Shown here in pieces: positions 13,201 through 26,000 of a DNA stretch of 64,000 bases. Position numbers and translations under genes: made by a program. The notes beneath the pieces are model-generated. The model was not told where the DNA came from. It made no database searches and was given only the letters and a program-made list of their open reading frames with translations. Numbering within the stretch: position 1 is the first letter of the stretch; each line of letters begins with the position of its first letter. Location: contig NW_019091361.1 of the NCBI RefSeq assembly GCF_001949145.1, positions 2,939,854 through 3,003,853 of the forward strand, in the 5' to 3' direction. This DNA is from Acanthaster planci (taxonomy: Eukaryota).

Positions 13201-15981
13201 CTATACAAGCGAAGTAGGAACATTCGTAAAGTAAGTAAAACCTAGACAGCAACAGTTGTTATTGCACTATGAACATAAGAAGGGGCTATATCCACATTGA
13301 AGAGGGAACATAAGGATGCATGTAGATTAAAATGGCGAACCTGCATCTTCTGCCTTTTTCTTTCAGCCTTAATTATGTACTAATTTTACATCAACTTATT
13401 CGTGTGTTTGCCTCCACGGCTTGAATCGCACATTGACTTGAAAGGCTCTGCCCACATCCACACGAGCATTCCTAGTTTATGAGAAAATATCAAATCTCAC
13501 CAACACCAGCAACAATAGTCTCAGTTATGTAAAGATGCGGGCGGTCACTGAGCTGATACCGCGAGAAGGCTTCCTTGACCGTGTCGTGTCCATGTAGGAT
13601 GACAATTGGTATCCCGCCCATATCGATGCTCACAACTTTGCCATATCTATAACATAAAAATATTGACACAAAAAGTTGTACATTAGTTACCAGTATAACG
13701 GCTTAGCAATTAAAAGGTGATCTGGGGTGGGTTAAATGTATATACGGATGGAGTTGTTTGAAGCAGTGACTACATGTATATAGACACGAGTGGGCTTTTA
13801 ATTTAATTCTCAACACGATGAAAGTCACAACATTAACTGGGAGACAACATAAATCGACCAAACAAAATTGTCGTTATACTTCCACACTGTTGGCACTCAC
13901 ATACAATTGATCATGTAATAATTCCACACAATAAATCCTCAAACGTACGAAAGCCCCGGAGTGCCATCAAGTATTTTTTTGAAAAAGTGAAGTATATTTT
14001 TCCAAGTTTGTTTTCACGAGATTCATTTTCACGACTTTGTTTTCACGAGATTATTTTGGAGATCGTTCTCTGTGATCTATTTTTTGAAACACAGTTTCTG
14101 TTTTTGGATACATTTGCTTTTACGAGGTATCTTTTTTCAAATTTTGATTTTACGAGACATTTTACGTAATACGTTTTTTTTTGCCCTGGACTGGGGCCCG
14201 TTTACTGGACTACCTCCGTGTCCATGGTCCTCCGACGGCCCATCAAAACAGTGGAGACTTCGCAAAACGCTTCCTATGAGCCCCACTTTTCTTGTACTGC
14301 TCGCTCACCCCATTCGGTCATTGATCTATGAATACGTGTCAAACGATCAAGAATTAATCGCTGTGGTAAATGCGACTGATTCTCGATCCGCAGTAAAACG
14401 GATGACCGTGTTGAGATGACCTAAATAGAAACCACAATTTCACGGGCAGAAACAAACTGAAAATTGCCCGTTTTGATAGATGGCAGAATGGAATGAGTGA
14501 GCCGTATAAGAAAAATGGGGTTCATAGGAAGGGTTTTCGCGAAGTCCAGTACACTGGCCCTAGTTTCGAAAAAAATTTCCAAAAATAGAAACAATGTATC
14601 TAAAAATAGATCACAGCGAACGATCTCAAAAAACATATCTCGTAAAACAAACATGGAAAAAAATATCTCGCTGAAACACATTTTAGAAAAAAAGTATCTC
14701 GTCAAAACAAACGTAGAAAAAATATACTTCACTTTTTCAAAAAAAATATACTTGATAAAACTCCAGGGCTGTCGTACAAACGCAAGTTGGAGGCGAGTTC
14801 TTCACTCACTAGCCTTCTGTACATAGGTTTGGACCCCAGTCCTTTTATTACACAAAAACTTATGTGACCAGTCGACAAGTAAGCATTGTCAACCGTCCCA
14901 GATTTAATGTCACTTTTTTTTAAGACTTGTGCCCTTATAATTAGTTGAAGTGCGCCCTCTCTCGCCATGTATCACAATGTCTGGCACTGTAGGAATGCAG
15001 CGCTGCTTTGCACAAATTGTAAGTTGGGTGTTGCGTTTGCAGGAGTTGTGTAACTGTTGCATATTTAGAGTTCCGCTGTCTGTGTGGGGCAAGTTATTGG
15101 CTCATTTCTCAATGTAGTGCGTCTTGCCGTGTAGCTTTGCATATTTTATGCCTTAAATGTAAATGAATCCTGTATATGCAGATAACTGTACATGTACTTC
15201 TAATATATATGATGCTCGGTCACTTATACAAATGTATTTTCATTTTAATATACAGGTGGTTCCATCATCACATTGATCATCATTTTGTGGGTGTTTTGGG
15301 GGGTTTCTTAAGGTTTTTTTGCTTAACTCTCCTATGCAAATGTCATTTGGTACAATATTTTGAGTAGTCATTTTTGCTTGTCAAGTGTCTGGTCTAAACC
15401 TTCAGTGTTTAACTACCCATTCGTATGATTTTTGTGGTGCCTTCCCACTGGCCTGCTGTGTGTTTGATAAATTTTGGCCAGTCAGGTAGTTTGTGCGTGG
15501 TGGCCAGCCAGCAAATACATATGCCAGGTTGGGCCAAATTGGATTTGACCGTCCTTTGATTGCACGAACATTAAAGGGGTTAAGGTAACTTGGATTAATT
15601 TGAATTAATAACTGAATGTACATGAAATTTTTCTAATTTTCAATTTTAATTAAATCAGCAGTCTATTTTCGTAAATTGGTGGTTTTTTAAAATTACTTTA
15701 CTCTACATCCCTGTTTCCTTAATTTTTGGGTTATCCACCACCCCTCTCGCTGGTAAAATTTAACCACTCGGTAACACTTACTTTCCTGTAAGTTTAGAAA
15801 TCCGCCTGAAGAACGTGTCCCCTGGCATCAGCAGTTGGAGGTTGCCAAGAATAGGCAAACCCCAGGGACCAGGCGGCCGGTTTCGTGGTCGACGGAGGTA
15901 TCGAAACACGACAAGAAACACCACGATCCCGAGCACAAGCGTCCGTGCGTCGAGAAGCTTCCATGCGGAAAAAACCTCCAT
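10260..15981 (-). CDS. Cytochrome P450, CYP2 clan (copy 2), 5 coding exons, ~496 aa
   Basis: Exons 15782-15981, 13501-13646, 12235-13039, 11365-11522, 10260-10441. Exons 2-5 have the same lengths as in copy 1 (146/805/158/182). Motifs PPGPWGLPILG, WTEIRR, AGTETT, EIQR, FRPERF, FGIGRRVCLG. The frame is open to TAA at 10260-10262. Confidence 0.95.
13946..14776. mobile_element. Non-autonomous DNA transposon with long imperfect TIRs and a 6-bp TSD (IS3EU-like termini)
   Basis: Begins TACGAAAGCCCCGGAGT..ATCAAGTATTTTTTTGAAAAAGTGAAGTATATTTTT and ends with its reverse complement ..ACTCCAGGGCTGTCGTA. Imperfect inverted similarity extends roughly 300 bp or more. Flanked by the direct repeat CAAACG (13940-13945 and 14777-14782). 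It lies in intron 1 of P450 copy 2 and is absent from the short equivalent intron of copy 3. Confidence 0.85.
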
Positions 15982-16849
15982 TGTGAGTCCTCAGTTCTGT
16001 AAGAAACCACAGCACAATTGGCCGGAATTAGAGGAGCTGGAAAAACTCAGAGATGACGTGCACAATTGATGAGCAGCTATGGACGTGTTGATTAATGCAC
16101 CATTTGTAAGATTGCCGCAGCAAAGCTGTGTCCAATGGTTTAAGGAGACATTTCCTCAATGGAGAAATTCGTAGCTTTGAAGGTTCTGAACGTTCATCCC
16201 GCAACATGGCGTTTCACCAATATGGGTGCATCGTGAATAGACGCCGCGCCGCCCTAAGGCAGCTCACTGCTTTAACAAGTGAACATCTTTAGTCAGGCAA
16301 AATAGGCCAATCTACTTGTCTTTCACTCTTGAATTTCACAGTAGATAAGCATAAGCATTGAGGAGAAGATAGGGTGGGGAAATTCCACAGGTACAACTGT
16401 TAGAACAGTGTATCACTGACAAGTACATGTAACACATTTCGTAAAGAACATTCCAACTAGAACAAGTCAAAGAACAAGTTTCCTTCTATCATAAACAACT
16501 ATTTCGTTAATTACTTGACAAGCATATCAAGCGATGAAAGTTAAAGTAAAAATTAACAGAATCATCAGTGGTGAGCAAACTCTCTGGACTAGAATTGACC
16601 CAACTTGGGCTATATCAAAGCCGATAATCATATGCAAATCTGGAGAATCAAGGGTTAGGGTGCTGCAGCTATAACACCAGTCAAAAGCTGATGGGTGGGA
16701 GCTGATTCTCACCTCCGAAGGGCTTGCATAATCTCGATTATACTGCAGGTAAGTACGTTTGCATAGTCAACGATTACACTACGCCTCCTTCGGTTTCGAA
16801 TCAATTTTCGATTTTGAAGCTGCTTCTTGGAGGATGTGGACGATTCTGT

Positions 16850-17700
16850 CGATGGCGAATGATAATAGGTGCGGAAAGAAGAATCCGATGCCCAATCTGC
16901 TGAATCTAGAAAAACTTTCAAGGGCACGCCTTAGGACGCAGATGTCACTGCACCCCATGTAGAGTGTGCCCTAAATGTGGTGGTGTCCATCCCAGCCTTA
17001 TGCAACATCTCAACCACCCCTCGGCTTACTGTGGATGATAGGGCCTACCACCTTTTTATAAGGTTTCAAGTGGCTTACTACGAGCTGTGATTAGCAATTC
17101 CTGAGGGGAGCTGATCGATCAATACAACATGACACTGCTTCCACTGGACACACAGATTTGTTCTCAAGGCCTCAACCTAAATACTCTTGAGAGGTCGGCC
17201 AGGTCGGCTTTGTTTCTGTAATTTAGAATGCACAAACTTCAATGAATTACTCTGGATCACCTAGTAATGGATATCTATCTGAACAAGAGAAAACACTCTA
17301 CCTGCCGTTACCAAGGCCAATAAAAGCACCATTTTCAACGTCGCCATCTTCAAAGTAAGTGGACTCCAAGGACCCAGCCTAGAGAGAAAGTCCAGCACTG
17401 GTCCCCTCCCCAAGAAAGTATAGGTACCTGGGTCTAGGAGGGTAACGATTAAAAAACCTTTCATGAGTTGAATGATCGCTAGACATTGTCCCACCGGAAT
17501 GCCACTGACTTGTTCATGGTATCGTGAAATTGCTGACCTGTAAACGCCAAGCGATCGATACCTTAATCCTTTTCTCTCACATTCCACTAGGAATTCCGAG
17601 ACATCTTTTACAAGTGCTGAAAACTGGATTAAGCGATCGTTCACGACATCAGCAATCCCATGTCTTCCAGGTTGATTGATGCTGCTTGTAAGTTGACCCT
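16850..17700 (-). pseudogene. Tyrosine recombinase (phage-integrase family) remnants of the DIRS1-like element
   Basis: ORF 17261-17644 plus the manually translated AHSTW (canonical HSxR) and ADW..S.F..YY C-terminal motifs; interrupted by stops and frameshifts. Confidence 0.85.
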
Positions 17701-18710
17701 CTACAACTGGCCAACATGACTTGGGAAAGAAAGCTTACTTGATATCATATTGTCTCCTGAGACAATCTAAGCTGCTAGATGTACGGAGTGTATCAATGGA
17801 GGTGGCTGGCAGGAGTGGGGTTGTGTCAACATGTGATTCTTTTGAGGCAGAAAGATTGGCTGTGTAATGGCTAACTGCAGGAGCATTGGAGACCAGGCCT
17901 ATGTGGGCCATGTCGGAGCTACTATCATTAAAGTCGCCCAGTCCATTTCCATTTTCCGTGGAACTTGAGCCAATAGACAAAAGGGTGGAAACGCATAGTT
18001 CGTTCGTCCGTCCATGGCACCGGGAAGGCATCTATCATCAGAGCTCTGGAGTCAGGTTTCCATGCAATGTAACTGTGGGCTGGGAACTCATCTGTGTGCA
18101 CAGCCTGGCAAACACCATAGGGTCTAGCCTCCATAACCTGCCCGTAAAGACTCGAGCCTGTTGACCTGGTATCATATTGTCCGCTCCCGGACATGAAAGT
18201 CAGTCAGAGTGATGTTCTTTGTCAGGCATCATTTCCCCCTTTGTGTTTTACATGAGCAAGGGCTCTCGTGTTGTCCAGGCGTAACATGTGACAATTATTC
18301 TTGTCCTTAGAAATGGTCTGTAAGGCCAGAAAAGAAGGTAGGAGCTCTAGATAATTGATATGGCTATTGGACGCAACTGGTGTCCATCGTCCCCCTGTTT
18401 TGCCAAGTTGGTAAATGAGCCCCCAAGCCCTGCGTTGAGGCATCTGATGGTATAGTCAGCTGTGGATGTAGCAAAACAAGTGGCTTGTCGTTCCATTTTC
18501 TGAGACAGTGTTGCCACCATAGCAACTCTTGGAGACTGTCCTGTGACAAAGAAATCAAAGTCTGATAAGCTGGGTCTACCCGGACCGACTAAATGAGGTC
18601 TGCTTGCAAGGCCCTGAAAAATACTGGCGCCGGTACATCTTCTGCTGTAGCATTCATTTTCCCAATAAGGCTTGTCAGGGTTCCTGCCAGTTGCGTTGGC
18701 GTGTTGGTCA

Positions 18711-19097
18711 TCAGGGTGCATAATTCCACAAAGAATCGATTTCCGGTCCTGGTAGACTCAACCTTATTTTCTGGGAATCTACAATGTGACCCAGAAACTT
18801 AATCTGGCGGGTTGGAGAGAGTTGGGATTTCTCCCAATTTATAATTAGTCCGAGACCCTTTAATAGATTTAGAATATAAGTCACTTGATCGTCGCACTCT
18901 CCCCTTGATTGTGAAATCAACAGATGATCGTCGAGGTAAATCACCACTTTCATTGACCTGTGTCTGAGATGGGACACTACTGGCTTCATCAACTTTGTGC
19001 ACAGCCGATCAGGGGCCGATTTCAGACCGGAGGGCACCACCTGGAATTTAAACTTCGTTGTCCCAACTGAAACGTAGAAATTTCCTGTGTGTGACAT
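18711..19097 (-). pseudogene. Reverse transcriptase fragment of the DIRS1-like element
   Basis: YLDD catalytic motif followed by the conserved LG..IN.EKS.L.P...I.FLG segment; frameshifted on both sides. Confidence 0.9.
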
Positions 19098-20620
19098 ATA
19101 TTGGAATCATGCAGTAAGCATCCTTCACATCGATTGTTACCATAAGACATCCTTACTTCACCAGACTTTTCACCTGTTGGATTGATTTCATTTCGAAGTG
19201 TTCCGACTTGATGCACTTGTTGAGCCTTTTGAGATTGAACACTGGCCGGAAACTCTGTGTGGCTTTCTGAACGACAAAATCGTATATATGAATGGACCTG
19301 AAGTATTTTCTTCCCTGATTACTGCCCCTTTGTGGATCATTTCCTGAATTTCTTTAGTATAGATTTGATGCCGACTGCATATTTTGATCAGTGTTAGCAC
19401 TCTGTGCTGAACTAGAACTTGGAAGAATTCGATTCTGTATCCAACTACTGTACCCTCTGCAATATCCACGGATCGTCTGTCAGCTTCTCTCATTCTGAAA
19501 GGTGATTTCGGATATTCCCTGCATAACAAATCCGACAGTTCAATACAGAATCGAGTTCTCCTCTCTTTTGACCTAGTTTTTCGCCAACTTTCCTGTGGCT
19601 TCTTTTCTCCACGAAAGGAGCCTTCCTCATCCGCCCCCCCCCCGCATCTGAGACCCATCAAGACCACTTGAACCGTAATGATGGGTGTGTGGTCGGTACC
19701 TGCTAGACTGGTACTGTGTCTTATACTTGTGACTGTCCTTGTCTCTCCATGCTCTAGGAAGTGGCATATCAGCCTGCGCTTGTAACTTTGGGTTCCATCT
19801 TAGAGGATGATGAGGCTTCCTTGGAAGAAATCGTCACCACCTTTTGAATGGCCTTGTGGATCTTTTCTTCTTCATCCACATTTTGGGTCCATTCCTCACC
19901 ATACAAACAGAACATCGAAGGCAGGACATCTTAAAGATAGCCTTCTTTTTAAAAGGGTTTAGCTTGACACAGCCTATAAAGCGAAAGGTGATGAATAGCT
20001 GATCCCAGTAAACTACTTGCCGAAGTTACTGGGGGCTTTAATTCCTTGTTCTGTATTTTCTAGTTCACCTCTATGGCCTTGATGAGACACACAGTCGCCT
20101 TGAAATAGTTTTCCTGGATCGGCCACATCGGGTTACCAATCTTCCAAGCATCCACCTTAGATTTTTTCACTGTGACTTGAATCGGTTTTGGCATGTCTGG
20201 AGCATTGAAGTACTTCTCCAGTGACATATCTGGAGTGAGGCCCCAGTAGCTCATCTTTATTGGTCTGATCAAACGTACTGGTTCGTTGCTCTTGCCACAA
20301 ATCTAACACTGATTGATAAAATAAGGCCCCTTGGACTCCTTCATGGGGATCCCCTACGGGTTCTAGGAATTGGGCGTCAAGGATAAGAAGCCCTTTTATC
20401 TTATAGAAGGCTTTCTCCAGCAAGCCCTTGAATAAGGCTGTGTGGGTCTGCTGCATCTTATTCAGAATCGCCATCTGTTGGGGTGAACACCCCTGTTTGT
20501 TGGGGGGGGGGTCTGGAGACTATACAGTTTGGAGAGGCATCCTTCCCTGCTGCCGGTCACGGGCACGTAAAGGGAGGCGTTAATTTGGCCCTGGATCGCT
20601 GTCCGATCTACGAGTAAAGT

Positions 20621-21076
20621 CTACTAATTCAAGCCCCATTGAAGACAGTGTAAAATCAGCACTGTTCAGGGCCCAACAACATGCATACCAATATCCCTGT
20701 GGTTTCTGAAATACAACTTAGATTATTGTCTGGTCCCTAATCTTTCAATTTCTTTTCGATTTGTTGTGGGTTAACCAATTACATTTTTAATTATTCCCAC
20801 AAAACAAAATCACCCCCCAAAAAGTAATTTTTCCGAAGTCTGATGGCAGCAATTTTTCAAGTGACAACCCTCAACGTTCTCGGGCACTTAAGGCCATTTT
20901 TCAACCATATTTTTTGGCCATTCTGCTCTCAGGTGAAAGCCCAAAGACCGAAGGACTTGATCCTGGCAAAGAGTCACAAAATCATTTTTGGGCCAAACAA
21001 TCTCCTTTTTCAAAAGATACTGTGGGGCGCTTTCAATGCTAATGAACTGGCCAGAAATTCTCATTTTAATTAGTAG
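20621..21076. mobile_element. MITE with CTACTAATT(CAAG) termini, copy 1 (~455 bp)
   Basis: CTACTAATTCAAGCCCCATTGAAGACAGTGTAAAATC ... AATTAGTAG; colinear with 22029-22517. Confidence 0.8.
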
Positions 21077-22028
21077 ACTGCAACATTTATTTATACCCAT
21101 TTTTCACTGCCTGACATCAATGAATGGTTGAAAAAAAATCTCAATTGCAGAGAAAAGATTAAAAAACATTCATCCAATGGTTGTATATGGGGGAAAATGC
21201 TCAAGGTCAGAAATGTGCACAATGTGTACAGAATGCCTACATACACCGACTACTAGTGCAAACACAATGTGCAGTCAGCATCTGAAAAATACACTTTTCC
21301 ACATGAGCAGCTTCAACAAGCTGTTCCTTCTGATAATGGGGAGGGTTAATCCGGCTAGACACTGCAAACTACAGTGGCCAAGAGCACGAAAAACATACAT
21401 CTTTGGCCATTGCTTTGACATGAAAGCTCATCGTACCGGTAGATATTACTCCAGTTAACGTCTCCTGCACAACAGTTGAAAACATGAGGATAAAATAGGG
21501 AACTTCAAAACACACAAGTGGAACAAATCACCCAGGGAGGGTTTTGAGAACTTTCAGTCACCTGTGCATATCCACGGCTTGGTGTGTCCGATCTGTACTT
21601 GACCATCAAAGATTGAACCGGAGCACCCCCCCCCATCGTTAGGGCTGGCCTCTGTTAGGGTTAGCCTCCATTAGGCTTGGCCTCTGCTAGGGTTAAGCTG
21701 TGTTAGGGTTAAAGCCAGCTGGAATCTATCTTTCCTAGGCTTCATTCAGTCTATCCTGTTAAAAAAATATCTCGAACCTGACACATACATGTACAATGAC
21801 AAAGTTACATGGTTTATATACATGTACACCACATATAATTCTCATGTTACTTTGGTATTTATTGTGCCAACAATCTAATATTTCTCTTGTCTCATAATCC
21901 ATAAAACTGCTATTGGTTTGTTGTGGTCTTTCCACCACTGCTAGCGCTATTGTAAACAAGAGGAACGATATTCAGTTGCAAGTATTGCATGGACGCCGCT
22001 ATTTCAAAATATGGGGTAAAGTCTACCG

Positions 22029-22517
22029 TGACTTATTCAAGCCCCATTGAAAACAGTGTAAAATCAGCACTGTTCAGGACCCAATGACATGCATACCAAC
22101 ATCCTTGAAGTTTCTGAAACATAACTTCAATTTTTATAAATTATGAAATACAGCTTAAATTATTGTCTGGTCCCTAATCCTTTGTTTCTCTTAAATTTTT
22201 TTGTCGGTTAATCAATTACATTTTTAATTATTCCCACAAAACAAAATCACCCCCCAAAAAGTAATTGTTCTGAAGTCTGATTGCAGCCATTTTTCAACTG
22301 GCAACCTTCACCTTTCTCGGGCACTTAGGGCCATTTTTCAACAGTATTTTTGAATCGTTCTACTCTCAGATTAAAGCCTAGGACCTGGTGAGTTGATCCT
22401 GGCAAGAATTTACACAATCTCACTTTTTTGGGGGCCAAACAATCTCCTTTTTCAAACATACTGTGGGGGCATTTTAATTTTAATGAGCTGGCCAGAAATT
22501 CTTACTTGAATTAGTAG
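22029..22517. mobile_element. MITE with CTACTAATT(CAAG) termini, copy 2
   Basis: ATTCAAGCCCCATTGAAAACAGTGTAAAATCAGCACTGTTCAGG ... CTTGAATTAGTAG; a direct repeat of 20621-21076 with a small internal insertion. Confidence 0.8.
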
Positions 22518-22599
22518 CGTACATCCGGGCCCTAAGGGGAAGCGCGAACTATACAGGTCTGCAAGATCATCCCGGTCCCTCAAAGAAGAGGGAGCACTG

Positions 22600-23072
22600 T
22601 CAATATTCAAGGAAAATTCTCAACCAGGCCAACGTGCTTAAAAGGTACCTCTACAAATTCTTTTGAAAAGAGGAGTCTGTGTGGGTCAAGAAATTGTGAG
22701 ATTTTGGCCCAGGATCATCTTGATAGATTCTGGGGATCCCATCTGGGGGCAAAGCAGACAAACTAACAATTTTAAATTGTCTTTGGCAGATTGTCAGAAG
22801 AGCCTGAAAAAGTTCAGGGATGTCATTTGAAAAATGGCTTCTCAGGAGACTTGGGAATGCTCACTTTTCAGGTGTGAGTTTGTTTTTGGCAGATAACGAA
22901 AAACATTAATTGGTTAACCTAGGCCTGCTAAAATTCTAAAATCAATTGAAATCTGAGTGAAGGACCAAACAACACATTGGTTTTTGTTTGCGAGGCCTCA
23001 GGGACTTTGGTTGCCGGCAATTTGGCTCTGAACTTTGTTGATTTTACACTGTTTTCAATGGAACTTGAATTA
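22600..23072 (-). mobile_element. Older, diverged inverted copy of the same MITE (left boundary approximate)
   Basis: Ends GATTTTACACTGTTTTCAATGGAACTTGAATTA, the reverse complement of the element's left end; weaker similarity continues leftwards. Confidence 0.6.
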
Positions 23073-26000
23073 CATGAACAGTGTAGTTCAGTGCACCCGG
23101 GAGCATGACCTCGGTTGACACACAACTGCCTCAGGCTGCTGACTTGTTGGTTCAACCATGCAGGTAGAATACCTCCATGGTTCAACATGCATGTCCCGTT
23201 CTGCCGTTCACAAGTATTGACAATCTGAGGCTAAATTTCTATAACTACTAAGTACACACAGAAGCCTTTGAAAAGGCTGACTGAAGAAATGAAAGATATT
23301 ACTTACAACGAAAAACGGACCAGTAAAAAGAGCTCTTTTGGCCCGAATTTTTCACACTAACGTGAAGCACTGTCACAAACAAAACAAGCCGAAGAGGTCA
23401 AAGGTCACGTGGTTGGGGCAGGAAGGGAGTTGTTTTTGTTCAATAAAGACTGGGGAGGGCGCCCTGACCGGTAGCAGAAGTTGATTCGAAACCAAAGAAG
23501 GCGCGCATGGGGTTCTTTAAGGTTACTCGGTCGCCTTGTTTATGCACGTTTGTTTTCACGTAAAAACGAGATTGCATTAACGTTGCAAAGTTACAAATCG
23601 GCAGTCGATGGGTTCCAGACTCTGTTAAGATGACATAACGCAGTTCTTGTTAGCAAAGGTTAGATAAAATAAGAATGTTTTGTAAAAGTAGATTTTGCCT
23701 GTAAGTTGATTTCCTTATTAATTCAAAAATCTACCATAAAATATTTTGATCTGTTTTTATGTTGGCTTTTACCGATAAAGTTTTATTCCGTAAAGTTCAT
23801 CTGTGTTTGAGACCGCCGAATTGCACTGTTCTTTATGCATTTTAAATATGCGAAAGTGATGGGGCAAACGGCAGGATATACGGTTCTCTTTCAGATCAGG
23901 TAAATTTTCAGTTACTATAAACTAATATGCTAGCAAATATTTTCCATAGGTCTTTTTCCAATGTGGATTTGTAAAGAAATAGCTGAACGAAAAACGATCA
24001 CATATTCTTCAAAAAATGCACGTTCCTATCCAAGGGTTCCGGAAGCGCGCCATCGCGGGGTTAACTTAAAGGCTCTACTGCAAACGCGTCTACCTTTGGT
24101 TAATGAACCCCTATGAACTTTACGAACTCGGCCTCATCCAGTCAACAAACTGACACGTCACGCTGTATTAGAAATTACGAAATTACCTCTCCTTCTCGAA
24201 AAAGGGACAAAATAGTGCACCCATGTCGATCGGTACTACCAGACTTGGGTGCGTTAATCCGTCCATTAATATCTCTTAGTAAGACTCGGGAAAGGACGAT
24301 GGCTCTAGAAACTGAAGAGCATACTCTCATTTTAACACTCCTTCAATTTTCATAAAGAATCTACCCCCTTTAAACTTTAAACGTGATTCAAATTGATAAC
24401 GTCGATTTCCCCTACCTGTGCACATGTATTGGCGAAAGAATATCCCTGTTTCAGGTCCTAAACATGTACGTCTCTGCGTTGTATGTATAGAAGGTGGACT
24501 AGCTTCTTCAAATGCTTAACTCTATGTTGGTTCCAGAATTTGGACAGAAATAACATTGCGGCCATGTGCATTGGAAAATGACCCTCCAGTTGACCCAGCG
24601 ACCCGCAATTTCACATAATTAAAGACAGACAATGATTTTTTAAAAAGGCTAGTGAACTTTAGCGTCTCTAAAGATTCAAAAATGTTGTTTGAAGGAAGTT
24701 AGGAAGAACAATGAAAATTAGGGTAAAACATTTTAACCGTATTATGTCCACAGTTAATCATTTATTTCAATCCCGAGGTCTATCTAGTCTTGATACTCGA
24801 CTCCCTAAATGCCCAGTAATAACTCACAGTTCTGCCACTTAAGTCTTGACTTTAATGCAAACTGATGACCACACGTCCAGTTCATTCCAGATCTATCACA
24901 GCGATGAACGTATTTACTAAAACAGTTTCTCAAACGAACATCTTGATGGCGGAAATGATACAATTTTGCTTTCAGAGTTGTTTTATCCAGGTAGACTTAT
25001 AAAATTACATTCACTCAGGCTTTCGTTTAGGATTAGGTAAAAGACAGTTTCAGATCGTCGCACTTTATGATCGCCTGTCTTGCACGTAATATTCGCCCCA
25101 TAATCCTTTGTGGTAGCGCGCTCCGTATGAAAATCTCACTACTGCGAGCGCAGAGTATCTAAGGTAAACGTATCTAAGGTCACATGCACATCTATCTAAG
25201 GTCAAACATATGATGTAAACAGAACAAAAGTTACAATTAGCATATAAAAGTACATGTATGAGATCTTGGAAACTACAAACCGTTTTACCTTTTTTCCCGT
25301 TTTTACATATAAACGCCTTTTTTATTAGGTGTTTGAATGTCAATTGCCAGTTTAGCTGTAGTTTGGTAAAGCATCTATCTATTGCTACCTGTCTACAAAA
25401 GCTATGAAGTATCGAAGATTATCACAAAACACTACACAAAACTAGATGGTCTCACAGATGGTTATTTCAGTAGGCACTGTTTGTCGGCTCTGATACATGT
25501 TTTCTACGGAAACACTGCGTACTTTCCAATGGGATGCCAAACTGGCGGGTTTTGTATATTGTCCTTTGTAATAATTATAAGCATTTTAATGATTGAATCA
25601 CGTAAGAGACAATTATATGTTTTTCCATCGACTCTGTATCGATCATGTTCAACAACTGTTCATGTGTTTTCCTATCATGCATCTGTGTGTTTTCATTAAG
25701 ATGAGGTATCGCAAAATGTGTGCTTTACAGGATACTTCAGGTTAAACTGGCATTGGCGCACAGCAAACACAGTACTATAAGCTACACAATAAGAATTGAT
25801 TTCATTATAACAGATGTAGCTAAATTCAACAAACTTCTTTGTACGTGTTGGATTCAGGCCAGGCGCGTAATGCCAGTTGCAAAATGGAAACACCATGTCC
25901 TTGTGCCATTACTAAGTCCCGAATTTGGTTATACAATCTCCATTGCTGAACAATGTACGACTAAGTACACCTCCACTGCGCTACTGTATATAATTGAAGA

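Larger units (their letters stand above)
16700..20620 (-). mobile_element. Degenerate DIRS1-like tyrosine-recombinase retrotransposon (gag-like / RT / RNase H / MT-like / YR); ends approximate
   Basis: Fragmented minus-strand ORFs in DIRS1 order. RT: VVIYLDDHLL..LGLIINWEKSQLSPTRQIKFLG (18711-19097). RNase H: LLWW..SDASTQGLGA and HINYLEL..LDNTRALAHVKHKGG (18222-18558). MT-like: WKPD..IDAFPVPW (17928-18194). Tyrosine recombinase: YRSAIS..LLALVTAGR (17261-17644) and its C-terminus FRAHSTWGA..GVPL..ADWASDSSFRTYY (~16860-17000). Many frameshifts and stops. Confidence 0.9.

Noticed and set aside
16190..16760. DIRS inverted terminal repeats or internal complementary region
   Set aside because: I could not find a convincing inverted match in 20.6-23.5 kb by eye, so the element ends are left approximate.
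21638..21712. TTAGGG-containing stretch resembling an interstitial telomere
   Set aside because: The hexamers are scattered within a short degenerate repeat and do not form a tandem telomeric tract.
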